A stretch of DNA of 50,364 nt from assembly GCA_014240055.1 (NCBI GenBank), contig JAAZXP010000004.1, positions 1 to 50,364 on the forward strand, in the 5' to 3' direction. Position 1 is the first letter of the stretch. Every line of letters begins with the position of its first letter. This document shows, piece after piece, positions 15,572 through 25,021 of this stretch. The notes beneath the pieces are model-generated. The model had not been told where the DNA came from. It searched no databases and worked only from the letters and a program-made list of their open reading frames with translations. The position numbers and the translations under genes were made by a program. Origin of the DNA: Methanobacteriota archaeon. Its GTDB lineage: Archaea; Thermoplasmatota; Poseidoniia; MGIII; CG-Epi1.

Positions 15572-18500
15572 ATGAACTTAAGCAGATTTTCTGTGATAGC
15601 TGTGTTTTTCATGATGATCATGAGTGCTTTCGTCACAGTTCCAACATTCAATGTAGGAGCTGATGAGGAAGCTGGAGAGGATGATGATGAAGGACCTTAT
15701 CTGAATACTTGGCCATCTACTGGTGAGGATTATGAGATGAGTACCGATGATGTATCCATATTTATTATGGCTGCCAATCTCACTAACGGCACTTCCTACA
15801 CTATCTCGTGGCTGATTAGTAAAGATTCCAATGATGAACTATACCTCGCGGCTGAAGGTTACTGGGACTTTTCCGTCGACTCTTCAAGCAAACAATATTT
15901 CCTTGATCCAAACTATTACTTAGATGATGACCTCGGTCCAGGTTGTTACATGTTTGAAGGTTGGCTTTTTGATAACGATGCCGATGAACATATTGAGTAT
16001 GAGATTTGGCCATTTACCCTAGATATGCCTTTTAGTGATTGTTGGGGTAGTGGTGAAGGTGGTTGTATGAATTATGATGATACTAATGGCAATGGACTTT
16101 ATGATGAGGGTGAACCTTGTTATGATGATGAGAATGGAGGGGAATGTCCTTTTGATGAGGATAACCCAGACAGCCCTTGTAATGCACAAGAGTGTATAGA
16201 TCATGAATCACAAGAATGTGCAAACTTTATAGAAAATTATTGTGCGAACAATGAAGATTCATATTGTGGTGCAGCCGGTATGGATATGGTTTGTTATGAT
16301 GTGGCTACTCATGAAATAAATTTTGATATTAGAACTGCAGTAGACTGTGAAGCTGCAGGATTGATGTGGGTTTCACCAATCAGCGGACCTGATGATGGTC
16401 GCGATGATCGCCCAGTAGCTTTCCATGCTACTATGACTATGAAATCATTAGAAGAGTGGACAGTTGATTATAATGGAGAAATGCCAGTCGATTGGTCTAA
16501 TGACATGCGTAACGAAATGTCAAACATGTGTGAAATGATGATGGGAACAGACTTTGGGGAAATTAGTCAAGAATGTTTCGATTACTGGGTTGATATGAGT
16601 TCAAATGGAGGTCATGATGATCATGGCGAACATGATGATGAATTCACATGCCCATCAGATATGGATGATGCAACTTGTGCAACGTTTATGGAATGTTCAG
16701 AAAATGATAGTATGAGCATGGATTGTTTTAGAGCGATGTACAACTACTGTTATGATAACACAGATTCAGAAATGTGTGAAGAGATGATGAGCAGTGATGA
16801 AGACGATGGTGGTCAGTTTATCTGGGGAATTGTTGCTTACGAAGCTGGGCACATTGATGCTGCAACTTTAATGGACGAATACATAATTCCAGAGTTTGGA
16901 GATTTTATGGATGATGGAACAAGTGATTCAACTGACTCTGGCAACGCAGTATTGTATGACGTTCAGACATTCAATATGGATTCAGATGGCGAACTAATCA
17001 TTCATCCACAATTTATGGAAGAGATAATAACCACACCAGATTTTGTTTGTGGAAATGAGCAAACAATAGATTTCCGTAATGTGAATGATGGTGAAGAAGA
17101 CTGTGATGATGGTTCAGATGAACAACAATATGATGATAATGCTGATGAAATTAATTGGTTTGATTGTCATGATGGAACTGAAATTTCGATGACTTTAGTT
17201 AATGATTATGAATGGAATTGTGGAGATGGAGAAGATGAATATCACGAACACTACCATTCCTGGTGGGGTGAGGTTTATCTCTTTGAAGGCGATTATTCAG
17301 CAGGGTTAACTGATTTTAATAATCTTGAAAATATTGCATTTAAAACATCACATCAAGAATGGAAAGATGAAAACAAAACCGACATTAACTATGAAAGTTT
17401 CACGAAAGCAGACATATCTGCAGGAACTTGGTCATTAGTAACAATCGGTAGCTGTCATACAGAATGGGGTGAAGATGATGAAGGAAATTGGGTATTGGTT
17501 GGATATGATTGTCATGGTGAAAATGGTAATCATACAAACAGTGGCTCTTATTCACATAAGTTAGAGTTTGGAAGCGAATCTTGGCTTGTAAATGGCAGCA
17601 TAGATCATGAAAGTATGGAAATGGCAAATTTCCCTTATATGGATAATTACGATGATGACCAGACAGAATTTTTGATGTATCACACACAATCTTTCAGTAT
17701 AGATCAAGATTCTTCAGTAAGTATTTTTTCTGCAGGTTGGAATTGCTATGATTACGACGAAGACGGTGTAGATGATGATTGCTGGGGTAATTCTCCAGGA
17801 TTATATATTTACCATGATGAAGATTTGATTGCTTCTAATAAACATTATCACAGTGAGAATCTATTTTGTCCTATAGATTCAGAAGACCAGGATTACTCAA
17901 ATTGTAGTTATGCAATGTTAGAAGTAGATTTAGTTGCAGGTGACTATACAATTTATACGACATTTGATTCTGAAGCTAGTTATTACAACAATATAGATGG
18001 AGCTTATGTTGTATTTGAGGGTGAAGAATCTGATGATTGGGGCGGCCACATGGAAGACAATCATTGGGAATGGCATGAAACTGATGGTGATGAAGTTATG
18101 CAAACTGTTGCTTATGATGGGTCTGTTTATGATTTAGACTATGAAGCTTTCTGGAGCGAGGCATACGATTTTGAATGGAATGATGCCGAAGAAAATCCTA
18201 AAGCTGTTGAAGAAGAATTTGGTTCTGTTTATGAACTTTATGAAAATTATGAGAATGTGTTAGAAACTGAAGGTGAAGGTTGTGACGGTTGTACGGGTAA
18301 TTTGGAAGAGATGGATGCAGATACCTCTTTTGATATAACCAATCAAAATGATTTTGAAAATTGGACATATAATTATGATTTCGAACAATATTATTTCCAG
18401 TTCATGGATGACAATGAAAACGGCGTTTACGATTCTGGTGAAATATATGCAGTGTCCAGCGAAGGTCCAGGTGACTCAGAAGATCAATACGTACTAGTAG

Positions 18501-19723
18501 AAGGTACAGCCGATCGAAAACATATGCCTAGAGCTGATCAAGCTGAATATGAACCATATTGTACAGATGAGGATGGTAATGTGATAGAATGTGACGATGT
18601 CTTTGAAATGTTTGCTTACATGTTTATGATTGCAGAGAATGCAACACACTATGAAGAAGGCGACCTAACTGCAGTAGAAGCAGCAGATAATTCAGTTGAG
18701 TTATTCTATATGCTTGTAGATGCAGGAATGTTTGAACGAGGAGAAGATGACCACGATCACCATGGAGACGACCCTAACGGCGATGAGCCAGGTCTTCACC
18801 ACCACGGGGATGAAGATTATCATCATCAGCATGGTGATAGCGATACTTCTTCACATGCCGATTATGACAGACACCATGACCACGATGACAATCATGGAGA
18901 TCATGATGATCATGGAGATCACAATGGCCATGACGATGATGAACGCGATGAAGATGATAATCCTCCACTCTTAGATGGAATTGTTGGTGTAGGTGGTGAA
19001 GATGTTGAGCCACTACCATTAGCATTGAATGTGGTAGGTTCATTAGTTGATAATGAAGATACACCAATTATGATGGGTGCTTCTTTTAATCTAATTTTTG
19101 AAGGTGCTGACGAATCATTAGATGTTCATTCAGTTTACATTCCTATCGAAGATGATGTTCCGTGGCATATTGAGATGATTCTATTGGAAGGTTATGAAGT
19201 CAAATCCTGTGAGAAATGTGAAGATTTAGAAATAGATGGGAACCGTGCTAAATTCCATTCAAATGAACCTGTAATGGTTATGTTCGGTAAAGCTGCAACA
19301 ACTGAAGAATGTGATCAAACAGTAACAATAGGTGAAGGCGGTTATACATTTGAACCTGCTGAAATTACAATATCAGTAGGCGATACAGTATGCTGGATCT
19401 GGGAAAATACAGCAGATGTTCACAATGTTATTGCAGTTACAGATTTAGATTCATTAGTAAATCTAGAATCTGGATTTAATAGTGGTGAACCGTCCCAAAC
19501 TGTGGACTTCAGATACACTTTCACAGAAGACAGTATGACTTACTATTACGTATGTGAGCCACATGCAACCATGGGTATGGTAGGTACAGTAACCGTTGGC
19601 ACAGGATCAGAAGATGATAGAATACCTGAGATTATTGATGATTCAGGACTGCCAAATGTTAGCTTCATTGTTGGTGCATTAGTATTAGTCGGCGCAGCAG
19701 GTCTACGTCGCAGAATACACTAA
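15572..19723 (+). CDS. Giant (1383 aa) hyper-acidic Cys-rich surface protein with a C-terminal type-1 copper (plastocyanin/halocyanin-like) domain and a PGF-CTERM-like anchor
   Basis: Signal peptide MNLSRFSVIAVFFMMIMSAFVTVPTFNVGA. Cupredoxin domain at about 19330-19600: GDTVCWIWENTADVHNVIAV ... YYYVCEPHATMGMVGTVTV (H, C-x2-H-x4-M). Anchor GLPNVSFIVGALVLVGAAGLRRRIH. Confidence 0.8.
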   Translation: MNLSRFSVIAVFFMMIMSAFVTVPTFNVGADEEAGEDDDEGPYLNTWPSTGEDYEMSTDDVSIFIMAANLTNGTSYTISWLISKDSNDELYLAAEGYWDFSVDSSSKQYFLDPNYYLDDDLGPGCYMFEGWLFDNDADEHIEYEIWPFTLDMPFSDCWGSGEGGCMNYDDTNGNGLYDEGEPCYDDENGGECPFDEDNPDSPCNAQECIDHESQECANFIENYCANNEDSYCGAAGMDMVCYDVATHEINFDIRTAVDCEAAGLMWVSPISGPDDGRDDRPVAFHATMTMKSLEEWTVDYNGEMPVDWSNDMRNEMSNMCEMMMGTDFGEISQECFDYWVDMSSNGGHDDHGEHDDEFTCPSDMDDATCATFMECSENDSMSMDCFRAMYNYCYDNTDSEMCEEMMSSDEDDGGQFIWGIVAYEAGHIDAATLMDEYIIPEFGDFMDDGTSDSTDSGNAVLYDVQTFNMDSDGELIIHPQFMEEIITTPDFVCGNEQTIDFRNVNDGEEDCDDGSDEQQYDDNADEINWFDCHDGTEISMTLVNDYEWNCGDGEDEYHEHYHSWWGEVYLFEGDYSAGLTDFNNLENIAFKTSHQEWKDENKTDINYESFTKADISAGTWSLVTIGSCHTEWGEDDEGNWVLVGYDCHGENGNHTNSGSYSHKLEFGSESWLVNGSIDHESMEMANFPYMDNYDDDQTEFLMYHTQSFSIDQDSSVSIFSAGWNCYDYDEDGVDDDCWGNSPGLYIYHDEDLIASNKHYHSENLFCPIDSEDQDYSNCSYAMLEVDLVAGDYTIYTTFDSEASYYNNIDGAYVVFEGEESDDWGGHMEDNHWEWHETDGDEVMQTVAYDGSVYDLDYEAFWSEAYDFEWNDAEENPKAVEEEFGSVYELYENYENVLETEGEGCDGCTGNLEEMDADTSFDITNQNDFENWTYNYDFEQYYFQFMDDNENGVYDSGEIYAVSSEGPGDSEDQYVLVEGTADRKHMPRADQAEYEPYCTDEDGNVIECDDVFEMFAYMFMIAENATHYEEGDLTAVEAADNSVELFYMLVDAGMFERGEDDHDHHGDDPNGDEPGLHHHGDEDYHHQHGDSDTSSHADYDRHHDHDDNHGDHDDHGDHNGHDDDERDEDDNPPLLDGIVGVGGEDVEPLPLALNVVGSLVDNEDTPIMMGASFNLIFEGADESLDVHSVYIPIEDDVPWHIEMILLEGYEVKSCEKCEDLEIDGNRAKFHSNEPVMVMFGKAATTEECDQTVTIGEGGYTFEPAEITISVGDTVCWIWENTADVHNVIAVTDLDSLVNLESGFNSGEPSQTVDFRYTFTEDSMTYYYVCEPHATMGMVGTVTVGTGSEDDRIPEIIDDSGLPNVSFIVGALVLVGAAGLRRRIH
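18746..18960 (+). repeat. His/Asp-rich low-complexity coding tract inside the giant protein
   Basis: DDHDHHGDDPNGDEPGLHHHGDEDYHHQHGDSDTSSHADYDRHHDHDDNHGDHDDHGDHNGHDDDERDEDD. The CAT/CAC/GAT periodicity opens shadow ORFs on both strands. Confidence 0.85.
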
Positions 19724-19753
19724 GCATAAATACGCAGTAATGTCCCTCTGTTT

Positions 19754-20242
19754 ATGACAGAGGGCATACCAGTAGTCAGAATGTATACTGACGGTAGTGG
19801 TCACACTAGATTTACAAAAATGAATATTCCAGTAGAGAAGAAAACAGGTCTTGGATCTGTAGGGATGTTTTCATCCTTATTTCTTAATAAGAATATTCAA
19901 GACAATACGGGTGATCTTAAAACACAATTTGCACTTACGCCAGTACCTGATAATCTAAAAGGAGAAGGGCCAAAATTGGCACATACGGCACCTAGGAGGC
20001 AGTTAGTATTGACCTTGAGTGGGTGTCTTGAATTCAAAAGTTGCGGTGTTGAAAAAGAGGATGCAGAGCATAAAGTCATAATTCGCCGAGGTGATATTTT
20101 ACTTGCCGAGGATTTGGAGGGTGAAGGACATGTATGGCAATTTATTGAAGCTCAAGATGGCCGTCTCTATCCGTGGGTTAGATGTTACATTCATTTAGGT
20201 GAAGAGTATGAACATTTTGTATCACAATTAGAACCAATTTAG
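19754..20242 (+). CDS. Hypothetical 162-aa protein (possibly cupin-like beta-barrel)
   Basis: ORF only. No motif I can name with confidence. Confidence 0.4.
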   Translation: MTEGIPVVRMYTDGSGHTRFTKMNIPVEKKTGLGSVGMFSSLFLNKNIQDNTGDLKTQFALTPVPDNLKGEGPKLAHTAPRRQLVLTLSGCLEFKSCGVEKEDAEHKVIIRRGDILLAEDLEGEGHVWQFIEAQDGRLYPWVRCYIHLGEEYEHFVSQLEPI

Positions 20243-20293
20243 TTATGCATTATAACTAAAGTTTAATAAAAGATAGTTTAAGGTTTAGTTTCA

Positions 20294-22996
20294 ATGGATG
20301 AAATAATACCATTGAGAAAACGTTGGCGCATGTCGATGGTAGCGTTCTTCTTTTTTTTTCTAATAATTCTGTCAGGTTTTACTCCAGGATTAGGAAGAGA
20401 AATGAATCAAAGAGAAGATTTCTCTTATCCTGATGATCCTGTTTGGCAAGCTTCCGATAGAGCAGATGAAAAGATGCCCGAAGAATATTGGTTAGTATTC
20501 CAAATTGTTATGGGTGATACTGTTGATAGTGAAGATCATAATGCCTTAGATTTAGAAGTATTTCGTGAGACAACTAAGCGTAATGATAATTTACTTGCAG
20601 ATGAATCTGTAAGCCAATATTTTGATATTAAATTTAATTGGCAAGTACAACAAAATGAAAATTCAAGTATTTGGGGTATTCCAGATACAATACGTTCAAT
20701 AATGAATCTAGAAACTCCAGTTTCATTTCTAATAAATTATACTGGTTCAGGGTATGATAATGCATCCGAAGATGAATTAACATCTGTTTTCAATTCATTA
20801 TTCAATTTTAAAGCAGAAGACGGTTCATTTATCTATAGAAATATTGTTTCTCCAGATTTGTGTATAGTAAAGGATGGTGAGTGTAAAATACCTCGTGATA
20901 AAGACAATTATCCTATTGAACTTTATGCCACAGAAGGAGAGTATTGGAAAGCTAAAGGTTTTACTCTTACTGGCGAGGCGAATTCTGAAAGATTATTTGC
21001 AGATTATCCTAGGCAGAAAGGAGATTATGAACACTTTGAGTATTGGGAGCAAAAAGTAGATTCTTTCTATACCGATCCTCTTGAATCGGACGAAAAAGTA
21101 AGTTTTTATTCATACTTAGCTTTTGGTCTTGAACTAGAAAGTCAAATAAATTCGACTTTACCTTTAGTTGGACTTTCGTTTATTTTAATGGTTCTCTTAT
21201 TATCTTTTTATTTTAGAAATATAGGAGATGTCCTTGTTTGTGCGCTTGGTTTAGGATTACTTATGGTTTGCATGAATGCAAATTCATTCTGGTTAGGATT
21301 TCCACAAAGTCAACTCGCATCTATGTTACCAATATTGATGCTGGCTTTAGGTGTAGATTTTGCAATTCATAGTCTAACACGATGGCGTAAATTAGCTTTA
21401 GAGCATGATAGCTATTCGTTTTCTCCTAAAGAAGCTAGTTTCAGTGCTGCATGGGGTTCGATACGAACATTATTTCCCGCTCTAGGTGTAGCTACACTTA
21501 CTACAGCTGTAGCTTTTGGAACTGCTACTCTGAGTGCAATTCCGGATTTATTTGAATGGGGTATTCTAGGTCCTTTGGGTATAATTCAAGCTTATTTGAT
21601 AATGGGGGTATTTTGTCCATTACTGAGGAGCATATCGCCTCCAAAACCAGCTGAAGAAAGCGACGGTGTTCTAAGCAAAATAGGGGAAGTTTTCAATGTC
21701 AAATCGATGGCTTTGCTAATGCAAGAAAAATCAATGCCAATGCTTGTTATTTTTCTTCTTATAACTATAGTTCTCTCTCCAATTGTTTTGGGAAATCCAG
21801 AGTCTACTTTTGATGTTAAGGATTATGCAGATAATGATTCTAGGTTTATTCAAACAGTCATAATTGGGCAAGAAACATTCACTGAGCAAGGTGAACCAGG
21901 ATATTATTTGATTGAAGGTGATAATCTTGCTACTTATGATAATCTAGTCGCTATTGACGATCTTGAAAACAAGATAGTCGATTACAATTTTAGTGCACGA
22001 TTTTTAGGTAGTCTACCATATCTTGTTAGAACGCAGACTGCATTAGCACTTAACGTAGAAAATACAGGTTATATTCCTACAACAGTTAATTTTTCTACAG
22101 GATTCCCTACTTCAGATGAAGAAATTTATAATGTTTTAGAAGATATTTATGCAAACGGAACTAGGAACCTAGACGGGACTTTCTATGTATCATCATCTGA
22201 TGCTAGAGCAACTTATCATCTTGAAGACCGAAAATTGACTATGGTACGTTCTTGGTTTCAAGTTATGCGACCAGACGATATGTATGGTCAAATGAAGGAA
22301 CAAAAGATTCAGTTAGATTCAGCTTCAGTTGAAATTAATGAAATGTCAGGTATTAACGCCCAAGTAGCTGGTTTGAGTTACGAAAGATATGTTTACGTCT
22401 TAGAAATTACGGACAGTTTCCAAGAAAGTTTGGTTGTAGCTATAATTTTGGCTTTCTTAATTGTTTTAATAGTGCTAAGAGATCTTCGTCTGAGCTTAAT
22501 TACAATATTTCCTGTGATTGCTATAACTATATGGCTTAGAGGAGGTATGGTTCTTACAGGTACATCAATAAATTTGGTTACGGTTCAAATTTCTAGTTTA
22601 GCTATTGGTTTAGGTGTAGATTATGCAATTCACATGGTTCAAAGAGTGCGCGAAGCTAGACATGATAATCCTCATTCAACCCAAGAGGAGTGGATGTCTG
22701 AAAGTTTAGATGAGACTGGAAATAATATTGCAATGTCTGCCTTTACAGATTTTATTGGATTTATGGTTCTTACATTATCTATTATGCCGTTGTTTATTAC
22801 TTTTGGAATGATAATGGCAATTATGATCCTTCTTTCTTTTGTAGCTGCGGTTTTTATGCTACCTGCATTACTATTCCAATTCGGTAATTTAGAAGCTAAT
22901 CGACCACCTAAGATTAATTCGACCTATCAAGAACCAAAATCCTCACCTCCAAAGAAAGTTAGATTGGTCAAGAAAATTTTGAAGCGTAGATCTTAA
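20294..22996 (+). CDS. RND-superfamily (MMPL/HpnN-like) exporter
   Basis: Two 1+5 TM bundles separated by large extracytoplasmic loops. Duplicated LALGVDFAIHSLTRW and LAIGLGVDYAIHMVQR motifs typical of MMPL/SSD-type RND proteins. Confidence 0.75.
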   Translation: MDEIIPLRKRWRMSMVAFFFFFLIILSGFTPGLGREMNQREDFSYPDDPVWQASDRADEKMPEEYWLVFQIVMGDTVDSEDHNALDLEVFRETTKRNDNLLADESVSQYFDIKFNWQVQQNENSSIWGIPDTIRSIMNLETPVSFLINYTGSGYDNASEDELTSVFNSLFNFKAEDGSFIYRNIVSPDLCIVKDGECKIPRDKDNYPIELYATEGEYWKAKGFTLTGEANSERLFADYPRQKGDYEHFEYWEQKVDSFYTDPLESDEKVSFYSYLAFGLELESQINSTLPLVGLSFILMVLLLSFYFRNIGDVLVCALGLGLLMVCMNANSFWLGFPQSQLASMLPILMLALGVDFAIHSLTRWRKLALEHDSYSFSPKEASFSAAWGSIRTLFPALGVATLTTAVAFGTATLSAIPDLFEWGILGPLGIIQAYLIMGVFCPLLRSISPPKPAEESDGVLSKIGEVFNVKSMALLMQEKSMPMLVIFLLITIVLSPIVLGNPESTFDVKDYADNDSRFIQTVIIGQETFTEQGEPGYYLIEGDNLATYDNLVAIDDLENKIVDYNFSARFLGSLPYLVRTQTALALNVENTGYIPTTVNFSTGFPTSDEEIYNVLEDIYANGTRNLDGTFYVSSSDARATYHLEDRKLTMVRSWFQVMRPDDMYGQMKEQKIQLDSASVEINEMSGINAQVAGLSYERYVYVLEITDSFQESLVVAIILAFLIVLIVLRDLRLSLITIFPVIAITIWLRGGMVLTGTSINLVTVQISSLAIGLGVDYAIHMVQRVREARHDNPHSTQEEWMSESLDETGNNIAMSAFTDFIGFMVLTLSIMPLFITFGMIMAIMILLSFVAAVFMLPALLFQFGNLEANRPPKINSTYQEPKSSPPKKVRLVKKILKRRS

Positions 22997-23004
22997 CTTA
23001 TCAT

Positions 23005-24735
23005 TTAAAATCCACTTCTTTTGAATTTTTTATCGAGTTCAGTAGGTGTTATTGTCATTACAGTTGGTCTTCCATGTACACAAGCATATGGATTTGGTAT
23101 TGATTCCATTTCTCTTATCACAAATTCCATTTGTGCCATTGTTAATTTGTCTCCGGCTCTCAATGCTGAATGACATGCAACCGTATACATCATCAGAGTA
23201 TGTTTTTCCTCAGCAGTTTTCATTGAACCACTTTCTACAATGTCATCAATAGCCTCTCTTATTCGTTCAGGTTCAGAACCAGCCAAGAGTGCAGGTACAC
23301 TTCTTATCATGAATGACGAAGGTCCTATTTTTTCAGCATCAAATCCCATTTCAGTAATATCCTCTAGCATAACCTCAAAGGTCGTAGATTCACTTTTTGA
23401 TAAATCTAGAGAGATGGGTTTGAGTAAATCCTGTTTTCCAACCCTCTTAAAGCGTGTTTGATCCTTCAAGCGTTCATACATCACCCTTTCATGTGCAGCA
23501 TGGAAATCGATGATGTAAAGGCCATCTAAGCCCATTGCCACAATATATTTATTTTCAATTAAAGAGAGCGGCCTCATAGAAGGCATATTAGTCTCAATAT
23601 CTTCTTCTTGAAGTGCAACATTGAATTCTTGTTGTAAACTGTCAATTGAGTTTAATTGTTTGGCTTTATTTCTCGTTTTTGAATTTGGTATCGGAGTTCC
23701 AAATATTGAATTTGTATTTGTAGTTTCCAAATCAACGTGTGAAATCAAAGCCTGTTTAGCTAAAACATCTCGGATTATTTGTCTTAACATTTTATTAATT
23801 TTTTCTTCGTTAGCAATTCTCACTATTGTTTTGGCAGGATGAACATTCACATCTACATCTTTTGCTGGTATCTCTATGAATAGTGCTCCGATTGGAAAAT
23901 GGCCGTCATGGAGCAAACTTCCGTATGCACCTTTAATTGAATAACCAATATTTCTAGCTTGGATTGGTCTTCCATTCACATGTAAATACAATCCAGTCAT
24001 AGATTTCCGAGAAACTGATGGTCTTGTCAAAAACCCTTCAATACGCAGTTCATTAATTTCTCCGCTCATTTCAATTAGCTCTTTGGAAGCTTCTCTTCCT
24101 AAAAGAATCCCAATTCTGGTTTTAAGATTTGAAGCAGGGGCTTCAATCAATTTTCTCTCACCATGGACTAAATTAAATGCCACATCTGGCCTTCGTATAG
24201 CTTCAATTGTAATTGTTTTTACAATATGTTGAAGTTCTGTTGAAACTCGTTTAAGATATTTGGATCTTGCAGGCGTATTGAAGAATAGATCTGAAACTTC
24301 AATAGTTGTACCCTGGGGTGCTGCATAGTCCTCAATATTGAGTTCATTATTTCCTTCTATAGTTATTCTTGTACCAATTAGACTATCTTTTTCAGATGTA
24401 GTTATTCTAAGTCTTGATACGGATGCAATAGATGGTAAAGCTTCACCTCTAAAGCCAGAAGTTACAACATCCTGTAAATCATCAAATTCTCTTATTTTTG
24501 AAGTTGAATGTTTTCTAAATGCCAATGTAGCATCATCCCGATCCATCCCAAGGCCATCATCTCTAATGACAATCAATTCAGTTCCACCTTCCTCTACTCT
24601 AATCCAAATATTCTTAGCCTTTGCATCTAATGAGTTCTCTACAAGTTCTTTAACTACAGAAGCTGGTCTTTCGATTACTTCTCCAGCTGCAATTTGATTT
24701 ATGGTGTGGTCATCTAAAACTTGAATGTTGCCCAT
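23005..24735 (-). CDS. mutL: DNA mismatch repair protein MutL (endonuclease-proficient type)
   Basis: GHKL ATPase N-terminus NQIAAGEVIERPASVVKELVENSLDA. C-terminal DFHAAHERVMYE (DQHA-x2-E-x4-E type), ACHSALRAGD and CVHGRPT motifs. Confidence 0.9.
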   Translation of the reverse strand: MGNIQVLDDHTINQIAAGEVIERPASVVKELVENSLDAKAKNIWIRVEEGGTELIVIRDDGLGMDRDDATLAFRKHSTSKIREFDDLQDVVTSGFRGEALPSIASVSRLRITTSEKDSLIGTRITIEGNNELNIEDYAAPQGTTIEVSDLFFNTPARSKYLKRVSTELQHIVKTITIEAIRRPDVAFNLVHGERKLIEAPASNLKTRIGILLGREASKELIEMSGEINELRIEGFLTRPSVSRKSMTGLYLHVNGRPIQARNIGYSIKGAYGSLLHDGHFPIGALFIEIPAKDVDVNVHPAKTIVRIANEEKINKMLRQIIRDVLAKQALISHVDLETTNTNSIFGTPIPNSKTRNKAKQLNSIDSLQQEFNVALQEEDIETNMPSMRPLSLIENKYIVAMGLDGLYIIDFHAAHERVMYERLKDQTRFKRVGKQDLLKPISLDLSKSESTTFEVMLEDITEMGFDAEKIGPSSFMIRSVPALLAGSEPERIREAIDDIVESGSMKTAEEKHTLMMYTVACHSALRAGDKLTMAQMEFVIREMESIPNPYACVHGRPTVMTITPTELDKKFKRSGF

Positions 24736-24815
24736 TGAATAATTTCCATACTACGGCCATTTATTATATTTTTAGTAAGGGGAAGCCTTAAGAATAACTA
24801 AGACATAAGTTTTGT

Positions 24816-25016
24816 ATGGATATAGAACAATTAAAGCAATATTCGCAGTATTTTGGTTTTGGATGTTTAGGACTTTACGTAGGTCTTCTTATTTGGGATG
24901 GCTTTCTCGATGGAGATGACAGTTTTAACGTTCCAGGATTTAAAGAAATCATTGCTTTTATTGGTGCTTTCTTTTTGGGAATGTTTGTTTCAGATATAAA
25001 GCATAAAGGCGAATAA
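24816..25016 (+). CDS. Small two-helix membrane protein (hypothetical)
   Basis: ORF and hydrophobicity only. Confidence 0.3.
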   Translation: MDIEQLKQYSQYFGFGCLGLYVGLLIWDGFLDGDDSFNVPGFKEIIAFIGAFFLGMFVSDIKHKGE

Positions 25017-25021
25017 AGAAT

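Noticed and set aside
18720-19067. Two overlapping ORFs (84 aa on +, 97 aa on -) full of Met/His/Thr inside the giant acidic gene
   Set aside because: They are frame and strand shadows of the His/Asp low-complexity tract. CAT/CAC/GAT periodicity keeps other frames open. The long in-frame ORF with recognisable domains on both sides explains the DNA.
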